NCBI GenBank assembly: GCA_964016885.1 | Contig: OZ024743.1 | Location: 138,198,001 to 138,262,000, forward strand | Length of the DNA: 64,000 bases | Direction of reading: 5' to 3' | Source of the DNA: Eledone cirrhosa | Lineage: Eukaryota | Part shown: piece after piece, positions 38,191-49,500 of the stretch | Position numbering within the stretch: position 1 is the stretch's first letter | How the letters are laid out: each line of letters opens with the position of its first letter | Program-made: the position numbers and the translations under genes | The notes under the pieces: model-generated | Databases searched by the model: none | What the model saw: only the letters and a program-made list of their open reading frames with translations | What the model was told of the DNA's origin: nothing

Positions 38191-41100
38191 TGCTTGATGC
38201 TTGGTGCTTGGTGCTTAGTCCTTGGTGTTTGGTGCTTGGTGCTTGGTGTTTGTACTTGGTGCTTGGTGCTTGGTGTTTGGTTCTTGGTTCTTGGTGTTTG
38301 GTACTTGGTGCTTGGTGCTTGGTGCTTGGTGTTAGGTGTTTGGTGCTTGGTGCTTGGTGTTTGGTGCTTGGCGTTTGCTGTCTGGTGTTTGGTGTTTGGT
38401 GTTTGGTGTTTGCTGTTTGGTGTCTGCTTTTTGGTGTTTGGTGTTTGCTGTATGGTGTTTGCTGTTTGGTGTTTGGTGCTTCGTGTTTGGTGTTTGGTCT
38501 TTGGTGCTTGGTGTCTGGTGCTTGATGTTTGGTGTTTGGTGTTTGGTGCTTGGTGCTTGGTGTTTGGTGCTTGGTGCTTGGTGTTTGTACTTGGTGCTTG
38601 GTGCTTGGTGTTTGGTGCTTGGTTCTTGGTGTTTGGTGCTTGGTGTTTGGTGCTTGGTGCTTGGTGTTTGGTGCTTGGTGCTTGGTGTTTGGTGTTTGGT
38701 GCTTGGTGCTTGGTGCTTGGTGTTAGGTGTTTGGTGCTTGGTGCTTGGTGCTTAGTGTTTGGTTCTTGGTGCTTGGTATTTGGTGCTTGGTGCTTGCTGC
38801 TTGGTGTTTGGTGCTTGGTGATTGATGCTTGTTGTTTGGTGCTTGGTGCCCAGTGTTTGGTTTTTGGTGCTAGGTGCTTGGTGCATGGTGTTTGGTGCTT
38901 GGTGTTTGGTGTTTGGTGGTTGGTGCTTGGGGATTGGTGTTTGGTACTTGGTGCTTGGTGCTTGGTGTTTGGTGCTTGGTGCTTGGTGTTTGGTGGTTGG
39001 TGCTTGGTGCTTGGTATTTGGTGCTTGGTGCTTGGTGTTTGGTGTTTGGTGCTTGGTGCTTGGTGTTTGGTGCTTGGTGCTTGGTGCTTGTTGTTTGGTG
39101 ATTGGTGCTTGGTGCTTGGTGCTTGGTGTTTGGTGCTTGGGGCTTGGTTTTTGGTGCTGCGTGCTTGGTGCTTGGTGCTTGGTGCTTGGTGCTTGGTGCT
39201 TGGTGTTTGATGCTTGGTGTTTGATGCTTTGTGTTTGGTGTTTGGTGTTTGGTGCTTGGTGTTTGGTGTTTGATGCTTGGTGCTTGGTGTTTGGTGCTTG
39301 GTGCTTGGTGTTTGGTGTTTGGTGCTTGGTGCTTGGTGTTTGGTGCTTGGTGCTTGGTGCTTGTTGTTTGATGATTGGTACTTGGTACTTGGTGTTTGGT
39401 GTTTGGTGCTTGGGGCTTGGTGTTTGGTGCTGCGTGCTTGGTGCTTGGTGCTTGGTGCTTGGTGCTTGGTGTATTGTGTTTGGTGTTTGATGCTTGGTGC
39501 TTGGTGTTTGGTGTTTGGTGCTTGGTGTTTGGTGTTTGCTGTTTGCTGTTTGCTGTTTGGTGTTTGCTGTTTGGTGTTTGGTGTTTGGTGTTTGCTGTTT
39601 GGTGTTTGTTGTTTGGTGTTTGGTGCTTGCTGTTTGGTGCTTGGTGTTTGGTGCTTGGTGCTTGGTGTTTGGTGTTTGGTGTTTGGTGCTTGGTGCTTGG
39701 GGCTTGATTTGGTGCTTGGTGCTTGGTGCTTGGTGTTTGGTGTTTGGTGCTTGGTGTTTGGTGCTTGGTGCTTGGTGCTGGGTGTTTGGTGCTTGGTGTT
39801 TGGTGCATGGTGCTTGGTGCTTGTTGTTTGTCGCTTGTTGCTTGGTGCTTGGTGTTTGGTGCTTAGTGCTTGGTGTTTGGTGTTTGGTGCTTGGTGCTTG
39901 GTGTTTGGTGTTTGGTGCTTGGTGTTTGGTGTTTGGTGCTTGGTGGTTGGTGTTTGCTGCTTGGTACTTGGTGCATGGTGTTTGGTGCTGGGTGCTTGGT
40001 GTTTGGTGCTTGGTGTTTGGTGCTTGGTGCTTGGTGTTTGGTGTTTGGTGTTTGATGCTTGGTGTTTTATGCTTGGTGCTTGGTGTTTGGTGCTTGGTGT
40101 TTGTACTTGGTGCTTGGTGCTTGGTGTTTTGTGCTTGGTTCTTGGTGTTTGGTGTTTGGTGCTTGGTACGTGGTGCTTGGTGTTAGGTGTTTGGTGCTTG
40201 GTGCTTGGTGTTTGGTGTTTGGTCCTTGGTGCTTGGTGCTTGGTGTTTAGTGCTTGGTGCTTGGTGTTTGTTGTTTGGTGCTTTCTGCTTGCTGCTTGGT
40301 GTTTGCTGCTTGGTGCTTGGTGCTTGGTGTTTGGTGTTTGGTGCTAGGTGCTTGGTGTTTAGTGTTTGGTGTTTGATGCTTGGTGTTTGGTGCTTGGTGT
40401 TTGGTGCTTGGTGCTTGGGGCTTGGTGTTTGGTGCTTGGTGCTTGGTGCTTGGTGTTTGGTGCTTGGTGTTTGGTGTTTGGTGTTTGATGCTTGGTGTTT
40501 GGTGCTTGGTGTTTGGTGCTTGGCGCTTGGGGCTTGGTGTTTGGTGCTTGGTGTTTGGTGCTTGGTGTTTGGTGCTTGGTGCTTGGTGCTGGGTGGTTGG
40601 TATTTGGTGCTTGGTGCTTGGTGTTTGGTGCTTGGTGCTTGGTGCTTGGTGTTTGGTGCTTGGTGCTTGGTGCTTGGTCTTTGGTGCTTGGTGTTTGGTG
40701 TTTGGTGCTTGGTGCTTTGTGTTTGGTGCTTGGTGATTAGTGTTTGGTGCTTGGTGCTTGGGGTTTGGTGTTTGGTGCTTGGTACTTGGTGTTTGGTGCT
40801 TGGTGTTTGGTGTTTGCTGTTTGGTGTTTGGTGTTTGGTGTTTGCTGTATGGTGTTTGCTGTTTCGTGTTTGGTGTTTGCTGTTTGGTGTTTGGTGTTTG
40901 CTGTTTGGTGTTTGGTCTTTGGTGCTTGGTGTTTGGTGCTTGGTGCTTGGTGTTTGGTGTTTGGTGCTTGGTGTTTGGTGTTTGGTGCTTGGTGCTTGGT
41001 GCTTGGTGTTTGGTGCTTGGTGTTTGGTGTTTGGTGTTTGGTGTTTGGTGCTTGTTGCTTGGTACTTGGTGCTTGGTGTTTGGTGCTTGGTGCTTGGTGT

Positions 41101-43370
41101 TTGGTGCTGGGTGCTTGGTGTTTGGTGCTTGGTGCTTGGTGCTTGGTGTTTGGTGTTTGGTGCTTGGTGCTTGGTGCTTGGTGTTTGGTGTTTGGTGCTT
41201 GGTGTTTTATGCTTGGTGTTTGATGTTTGGTGCTTGGTGCTTGGTGTTTGGTGCTTGGTGCTTGGTGTTTGTACTTGGTGCTTGGTGCTTGGTTCTTGGT
41301 GTTTGGTGCTTGGTGCTTGGTGCTTGGTGCTTGGTGTTTGGTGCTTGGTGTTTGGTGCTTGGTGTTTGGTGCTTGGTGCCTGGTGCTTGGTGCTTGGTGT
41401 TTGGTGCTTGGTGTTTGGTGCTTGGTATTAGGTGTTTGGTGCTTGGTGCTTGGTGTTTGGTGTTTGGTGCTTGGTGTTTGGTGCTTGGTGCATGGTGTTT
41501 GGTGTTTGGTGCTTGGTGTTTGGTGCTTGGTACTTGGTGCTTGGTGCTTGGTGTTAGGTGTTTGGTGCTTGGTGCTTGGTGTTTGTATTTTGGTGCTTGG
41601 TGCTTGGTGTTTGGTGTTTGGTGCTTGCTGCTGGCTGCTTGGTGTTTGGTGCTTGGTGATTGGTGCTTGGTGTTTGGTGCTTGGTGTTTGGTGTTTGGTA
41701 CTAGGTGCTTGGTGCTTGGTGTTTGGTGCTTGGTGCTTGGTGTTTGGTGTTTGGTGCTTGGTGCTTGGTGTTTGGTGCTTGGTGCTGGGTGCTGGGTGGT
41801 TGGTGTTTGGTGTTTGGTGTTTGGTGCTGGGTGCTTGGTGTTTGGTGCTTGGTGCTTGGTCTTTGGTCTTTGGTGTTTGGTGTTTGGTGCTTGGTTCTTG
41901 GTGCTTGGTGTTTGGTGCTTGGTGCTTGGTGTTTGGTGCTTGGTGCTTAGTGTTTGGTGCTAGGTGCTTGGGGTTTGGTGTTTGGTGCTTGGTGCTTGGG
42001 GCTTGGTGCTTGGTGCTTGGTGTTTGGTGTTTGGTGCTTGGTGCTTGGTGTTTGGTGTTTGGTGTTTGCTGTTTGGTGTTTGGTGTTTGGTGTTTGCTGT
42101 TTGGTGTCTGCTTTTTGGTGTTTGGTGTTGGCTGTATGTTATTTGCTGTTTGGTGTTTGGTGTTTGGTGTTTGGTGCTTGGTGCTTGGTGTTTGGTGTTT
42201 GGTGCTTGGTGCTTGGAGTTTGGTGTTTGGTGCTTGGTGCTTGGTGTTTTGTGTTTGGTGTTTGGTTTTTGGTGCTTGGTGCTTGGTGCTTGTTGCTTGG
42301 TCCTTGGTGTTTGGTGCTTGGTGCTTGGTGTTTGTACTTGGTGCTTGGTGCTTGGTGTTTGGTTCTTGGTTCTTGGTGTTTGGTACTTGGTGCTTGGTGC
42401 TTGGTGCTTGGTGTTTGGTGTTTGGTGCTTGGTGTTTGGTGCCTGGTGCTTGGTGCTTGGTGTTAGGTGTTTGGTGCTTGGTGCTTGGTGTTTGGTGCTT
42501 GGTGTTTGGTGTTTGCTGTTTGGTGTTTGGTGTTTGGTGTTTGGTGTTTGCTGTTTGGTGTCTGCTTTTTGGTGTTTGGTGTTTGCTGTATGGTGTTTGC
42601 TGTTTCGTGTTTGGTGTTTGCTGTTTGGTGTTTGGTGTTTGCTGTTTGGTGTTTGGTCTTTGGTGCTTGGTGTTTGGTGCTTGGTGCTTGGTGTTTGGTG
42701 TTTGGTGCTTGGTGCTTGGTGCTTCGTGTTTGGTGTTTGGTGCTTGGTGTCTGGAGCTTGGTGTTTGGTGTTTGGTGCTTGGTGTTTGGTGTTTGGTGCT
42801 TGGTGCTTGGTGTTTGGTGCTTGGTGCTTGGTGTTTGTACTTGGTGCTTGGTGCTTGGTGTTTGGTGCTTGGTTCTTGGTGTTTGGTGCTTGGTGTTTGG
42901 TGCTTGGTGCTTGGTGTTTGGTGCTTGGTGCTTGGTGTTTGGTGTTTGGTGCTTGGTGCTTGGTGCTTGGTGTTTGATGTTTGGTGCTTGGTGCTTGGTG
43001 TTTGGTGTTTGGTTCTTGGTGCTTGGTATTTGGTGCTTGGTGCTTGCTGCTTGGTGTTTGGTGCTTGGTGATTGATGCTTGGTGTTTGATGCTTGGTGCT
43101 TGGTGTTTGGTTTTTGGTGCTAGGTGCTTGGTGCTTGGTGTTTGCTGCTTGGTGCTTGGGGCTTGGTGTTTGGTGTTTGGTGCTTGGTGCTTGGTGTTTG
43201 TTGCTTGGTACTTGGTTCATGGTGTTTGGTGCCGGGTGCTTGGTGTTTGGTGCTTGGTGCTTGGTGTTTGGTGTTTGGTGCTTGGTGTTTGGTGTTTGGT
43301 GCTTGGTGCTTGGTGTTTGTTTGCTTGGTACTTGGTGCATGGTGTTTGGTGCTGGGTGCTTGGTGTTTGG
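37480..43370. repeat. Third copy of the ~6-7 kb central higher-order block
   Basis: Offsets of 11081-11158 to the second copy (26675/37770, 28413/39494, 29659/40740, 30796/41954, 31823/42981). Shares CCAGTGT, the 5-bp TTGAT unit and the 8-bp TTGTTTGC unit. Confidence 0.9.
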
Positions 43371-44589
43371 TGCTTGGTGTTGGTGCTTGGTGCTTGGTGT
43401 TTGGTGTTTGGTGTTTGATGCTTGGTGTTTGATGCTTGGTGCTTGGTGCTTGGTGTTTGGTGCTTGGTGTTTGTACTTGGTGCTTGGTGTTTTGTGCTTG
43501 GTTCTTTGTGTTTGGTGTTTGGTGCTTGGTGCTTGGTGCTTGGTGTTAGGTGTTTGGTGCTTGGTGCTTGGTGTTTGGTGTTTGGTCCTTGGTGCTTGGT
43601 GTTTAGTGCTTGGTGCTTGGTGTTTGTTGTTTGGTGCTTTCTGCTTGCTGCTTGGCGTTTGGTGCTTGGTGCTTGGTGCTTGGTGTTTGGTGTTTGGTGC
43701 TAGGTGCTTGGTGTTTGGTGTTTGGTGTTTGATGCTTGGTGTTTGGTGCTTGGTGTTTGGTGTTTTGTGCTTGGTGCTTGGGGCTTGGTGTTTAGTGCTT
43801 GGTGCTTGGTGCTTGGTGTTTGGTGCTTGGTGCTTGGTGTTTGGTGTTTGGTGTTTGGTGCATGGTGCTTGGTGTTTGGTGCTTGGTGCTTGGTGCTGGG
43901 TGGTTGGTATTTGGTGCTTGGTGCTTGGTGTTTGGTGCTTGGTGCTTGGTGCTTGGTGTTTGGTGCTTGGTGCTTGGTGCTTGGTCTTTGGTGCTTGGTG
44001 TTTGGTGCTTGGTGCTTGGTGCTTGCTGTTTGGTGCTTGGTGATTAGTGTTTGGTGCTTGGTGCTTGGGGTTTGGTGTTTGGTGCTTGGTACTTGGTGTT
44101 TGGTGCTTGGTGTTTGGTGTTTGCTGTTTGGTGTTTGGTGTGTGCTGTTTGCTGTTTGCTGTTTGCTTTTTGGTGTTTGGTGTTTGGTGTATGGTGTTTG
44201 CTGTTTGGTGTTTGGTGTTTGCTGTTTGGTGTTTGGTGTTTGCTGTTTGGTCTTTGGTGCTTGGTGTTTGGTGCTTGGTGCTTGGTGTTTGGTGTTTGGT
44301 GCTTGGTGCTTGGTGTTTGGTGTTTGTTGCTTGGTGCTTGGTGCTTGGTGTTTGGTGTTTGGTGTTTGGCGCTTGGTGTCTGGTGCTTGGTGTTTGGTGT
44401 TTGGTGTTTGGTGCTTGGTGTTTGGTGTTTGGTGTTTGGTGCTTGGTGTTTGGTGTTTGGTGTTTGGTGTTTGGTGCTTGTTGCTTGGTGCTTGGTGCTT
44501 GGGGTTTGGTTCTTGGTTCTTGGTGTTTGGTACTTGGTGCTTGGTGTTTGGTGCTGGGTGCTTGGTGTTTGGTGCTTGGTGCTTGGTGC

Positions 44590-46010
44590 TTGCTGTTTGG
44601 TGTTTGGTGCTTGGTGCTTGGTGTTTGGTGTTTGGTGTTATATGCTTGGTGTTTGATGCTTGGTGCTTGGTGCTTGGTATTTGGTGTTTGGTGCTTGGTG
44701 TTTGTACTTGGTGCTTGGTTCTTGGTTCTTGGTGCTTGGTGCTTGGTGCTTGGTGCTTGGTGCTTGGTGTTTGGTGCTTGGTGTTTGGTGCTTGGTGTTT
44801 GGTGCTTGGTGCCTGGTGCTTGGTGCTTGGTGCTTGGTGTTTGGTGCTTGGTGTTTGGTGCTTGGTGTTAGGTGTTTGGTGCTTGGTGCTTGGTGTTTGG
44901 TGTTTGGTGCTTGGTGTTTGGTGCTTGGTGCTTGGTGTTTGGTGTTTGGTGCTTGGTGTTTGGTGCTTGGTACTTGGTGCTTGGTGCTTGGTGTTAGGTG
45001 TTTGGTGCTTGGTGCTTGGTGTTTGGTTTTTGGTGCTTGGTGCTTGGTGTTTGGTGTTTGGTGCTTGCTGCTGGCTGCTTGGTGTTTGGTGCTTGGTGAT
45101 TGGTGCTTGGTGTTTGGTGCTTGGTGTTTGGTGTTTGGTACTAGGTGCTTGGTGTTTGGTGTTTGGTGCTTGGTGCTTGGTGTTTGGTGTTTGGTGTTTG
45201 GTGCTTGGTGCTTGGTGCTTGGTGTTTGGTGCTTGGTGCTTGGTGCTGGGTGGTTGGTATTTGGTGCTTGGTGCTTGGTGTTTGGTGCTTGGTGCTTGGT
45301 GCTTGGTGTTTGGTGCTTGGTGCTTGGTGCTTGGTCTTTGGTGCTTGGTGTTTGGTGCTTGGTGCTTGGTGCTTGCTGTTTGGTGTTTGGTGCTTGGTGC
45401 TTGGTGTTTGGTGTTTGGTGTTATATGCTTGGTGTTTGATGCTTGGTGCTTGGTGCTTGGTATTTGGTGTTTGGTGCTTGGTGTTTGTACTTGGTGCTTG
45501 GTTCTTGGTTCTTGGTACTTGGTGCTTGGTGCTTGGTGCTTGGTGCTTGGTGTTTGGTGCTTGGTGTTTGGTGCTTGGTGTTTGGTGCTTGGTGCCTGGT
45601 GCTTGGTGCTTGGTGCTTGGTGTTTGGTGCTTGGTGTTTGGTGCTTGGTGTTAGGTGTTTGGTGCTTGGTGCTTGGTGTTTGGTGTTTGGTGCTTGGTGT
45701 TTGGTGCTTGGTGCTTGGTGTTTGGTGTTTGGTGCTTGGTGTTTGGTGCTTGGTACTTGGTGCTTGGTGCTTGGTGTTAGGTGTTTGGTGCTTGGTGCTT
45801 GGTGTTTGGTTTTTGGTGCTTGGTGCTTGGTGTTTGGTGTTTGGTGCTTGCTGCTGGCTGCTTGGTGTTTGGTGCTTGGTGATTGGTGCTTGGTGTTTGG
45901 TGCTTGGTGTTTGGTGTTTGGTACTAGGTGCTTGGTGTTTGGTGTTTGGTGCTTGGTGCTTGGTGTTTGGTGTTTGGTGTTTGGTGCTTGGTGCTTGGTG
46001 CTTGGTGCTG
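44590..46010. repeat. Local 783-bp-offset duplication with a mosaic junction
   Basis: Pseudo-ORFs 44660/45443; GTTATATGC at ~44637/45420; ACTAGG at ~45140/45923. Confidence 0.88.
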
Positions 46011-46549
46011 GGTGGTTGGTGTTTGGTGCTTGGTGATTAGTGTTTGGTGCTAGGTGCTTGGGGTTTGGTGTTTGGTGCTTGGTGCTTGGTGTTTGGTGCT
46101 TGGTGCTTGGTGTTTGGTGCTTGGTGCTTGGTGTTTGCTGTTTGCTGTTTGCTGTTTGGTGTTTGTTGTTTGGTGTTTGTTGATTGGTGTTTGCTGTTTG
46201 GTGCTTGGTGCTTGGTCTTTGGTGCTTGGTGTTTGGTGTTTGGTGCTTGGTGCTTTGTGTTTGGTGCTTGGTGATTAGTGTTTGGTGCTTGGTGCTTGGG
46301 GTTTGGTGTTTGGTGCTTGGTACTTGGTGTTTGGTGCTTGGTGTTTGGTGTTTGCTGTTTGGTGTTTGGTGTTTGGTGTTTGCTGTATGGTGTTTGCTGT
46401 TTCGTGTTTGGTGTTTGCTGTTTGGTGTTTGGTGTTTGCTGTTTGGTGTTTGGTCTTTGGTGCTTGGTGTTTGGTGCTTGGTGCTTGGTGTTTGGTGTTT
46501 GGTGCTTGGTGTTTGGTGTTTGGTGCTTGGTGCTTGGTGCTTGGTGTTT

Positions 46550-49500
46550 GGTGTTTGGTGTTTGGTTTTTGGTGCTTGGTGCTTGGTGCTTGGCGCTTGG
46601 TCCTTGGTGTTTGGTGCTTGGTGCTTGGTGTTTGTACTTGGTGCTTGGTGCTTGGTGTTTGGTTCTTGGTTCTTGGTGTTTGGTACTTGGTGCTTGGTGC
46701 TTGGTGCTTGGTGTTTGGTGTTTGGTGCTTGGTGTTTGGTGCTTGGTGCTTGGTGCTTGGTGCTTGGTGTTAGGTGTTTGGTGCTTGGTGCTTGGTGTTT
46801 GGTGCTTGGTGTTTGCTGTTTGGTGTTTGGTGTTTGGTGTTTGGTGTTTGCTGTTTGGTGTCTGCTTTTTGGTGTTTGGTGTTTGCTGTATGGTGTTTGC
46901 TGTTTCGTGTTTGGTGTTTGCTGTTTGGTGTTTGGTGCTTCGTGTTTGGTGTTTGTTTTTGGTGCTTGGTGTCTGGTGCTTGATGTTTGGTGTTTGGTGC
47001 TTGGTGTTTGGTGTTTGGTGCTTGGTGCTTGGTGTTTGGTGCTTGGTGCTTGGTGTTTGGTGTTTGGTTCTTGGTGCTTGGTATTTGGTGCTTGGTGCTT
47101 GCTGCTTGGTGTTTGGTGTTTGGTGATTGATGCTTGGTGTTTGGTGCTTGGTGCTCAGTGTTTGGTTTTTGGTGCTAGGTGCTTGGTGCATGGTGTTTGG
47201 TGCTTGGTGTTTGGTGTTTGGTGGTTGGTGCTTGGGGATTGGTGTTTGGTACTTGGTGCTTGGTGCTTGGTGTTTGGTGCTTGGTGCTTGGTGTTTGGTG
47301 TTTGGTGCTTGGTGCATGGTGTTTGGTGCTTGGTGCTTGGTGTTTGGTGTTTGGTGCTTGGTGCTTGGTGTTTGGTGCTTGGTGCTTGGTGCTTGTTGTT
47401 TGGTGATTGGTGCTTGGTGCTTGGTGTTTGGTGTTTGGTGTTTGATGCTTGGTGTTTGGTGTTTGGTGCTTGGTGCTTGGGGCTTGGTGTTTGGTGCTTG
47501 GTGCTTGGTGCTTGGTGTATGGTGCTTGGTGCTTGGTGTTTGGTGTCTGGTGTTTGGTGCTTGGTGCTTGGTGTATGGTGCTTGGTGCTTGGTGCTGGGT
47601 GGTTGGTATTTGGTGCTTGGTGCTTGGTGTTTGGTGCTTGGTGCTTGGTGCTTGGTGTTTGGTGCTTGGTGCTTGGTGCTTGGTCTTTGGTGCTTGGTGT
47701 TTGGTGTTTGGTGCTTGGTGCTTTGTGTTTGGTGCTTGGTGATTAGTGTTTGGTGCTTGGTGCTTGGGGTTTGGTGTTTGGTGCTTGGTACTTGGTGTTT
47801 GGTGCTTGGTGTTTGGTGTTTGCTGTTTGGTGTTTGGTGTTTGGTGTTTGCTGTTTGGTGTCTGCTTTTTGGTGTTTGGTGTTTGCTGTATGATGTTTGC
47901 TGTTTCGTGTTTGGTGTTTGCTGTTTGGTGTTTGGTGTTTGCTGTTTGGTGTTTGGTCTTTGGTGCTTGGTGTTTGGTGCTTAGTGCTGGGTGTTTGGTG
48001 TTTGGTGCTTGGTGTTTGGTGTTTGGTGCTTGGTGCTTGGTGCTTGGTGTTTGCTGTTTGGTGTTTGGTGCTTGGTGTCTGGTGCTTGGTGTTTGGTGTT
48101 TGGTGTTTGGTGCTTGGTGTTTGGTGTTTGGTGTTTGGTGTTTGGTGCTTGTTGCTTGGTACTTGGTGTTTGGTGTTTGGTGCTTGGTGCTTGGTGTTTG
48201 GTGCTGGGTGCTTGGTGTTTGGTGCTTGGTGCTTGGTGCTTGGTGTTTGGTGTTTGGTGCTTGGTGCTTGGTGCTTGGTGTTTGGTGTTTGGTGCTTGGT
48301 GTTTTATGCTTGGTGTTTGATGTTTGGTGCTTGGTGCTTGGTGTTTGGTGCTTGGTGCTTGGTGTTTGTACTTGGTGCTTGGTGCTTGGTTCTTGGTGTT
48401 TGGTGCTTGGTGCTTGGTGCTTGGTGCTTGGTGTTTGGTGCTTGGTGTTTGGTGCTTGGTGTTTGGTGCTTGGTGCCTGGTGCTGGGTGCTTGGTGCTTG
48501 GTGTTTGGTGCTTGGTGTTTGGTGCTTGGTATTAGGTGTTTGGTGCTTGGTGCTTGGTGTTTGGTGTTTGGTGCTTGGTGTTTGGTGCTTGGTGCTTGGT
48601 TTTTGGTGTTTGGTGCCTGGTGTTTGGTGCTTGGTACTTGGTGCTTGGTGCTTGGTGTTAGGTGTTTGGTGCTTGGTGCTTGGTGTTTGGTTTTTGTTGC
48701 TTGGTGCTTGGTGTTTGGTGTTTGGTGCTTGCTGCTGGCTGCTTGGTGTTTGGTGCTTGGTGATTGGTGCTTGGTGTTTGGTGCTTGGTGTTTGGTGTTT
48801 GGTACTAGGTGCTTGGTGCTTGGTGTTTGGTGCTTGGTGCTTGGTGTTTGGTGTTTGGTGCTTGGAGCTTGGTGTTTGGTGCTTGGTGCTGGGTGCTGGG
48901 TGGTTGGTGTTTCGTGTTTGGTGTTTGGTGCTGGGTGCTTGGTGTTTGGTGCTTGGTGCTTGGTCTTTGGTGTTTGGTGTTTGGTGTTTGGTGCTTGGTG
49001 CTTGGTGCTTCGTGTTTGGTGCTTGGTGCTTGGTGTTTGGTGCTTGGTGCTTAGTGTTTGGTGCTAGGTGCTTGGGGTTTGGTGTTTGGTGCTTGGTGCT
49101 TGATGTTTGGTGCTTGGTGCTTGGTGTTTGGTGTTTGGTGCTTGGTGCTTGGTGTTTGGTGTTTGGTGTTTGCTGTTTGGTGTTTGGTGTTTGGTGTTTG
49201 CTGTTTGGTGTCTGCTTTTTGGTGTTTGGTGTTGGCTGTATGTTATTTGCTGTTTGGTGTTTGGTGTTTGGTGTTTAGTGCTTGGTGCTTGGTGTTTGGT
49301 GTTTGGTGCTTGGTGCTTGGAATTTGGTGTTTGGTGCTTGGTGCTTGGTGTTTTGTGCTTGGTGTTTGGTGCTTGGTGCTTGGTGTTTGGTGTTTGGTGC
49401 TTGGTGCTTGGTGTTTGGTGTTTGGTGTTTGCTGTTTGGTGTTTGGTGTTTGGTGTTTGCTGTTTGGTGTCTGCTTTTTGGTGTTTGGTGTTGGCTGTAT

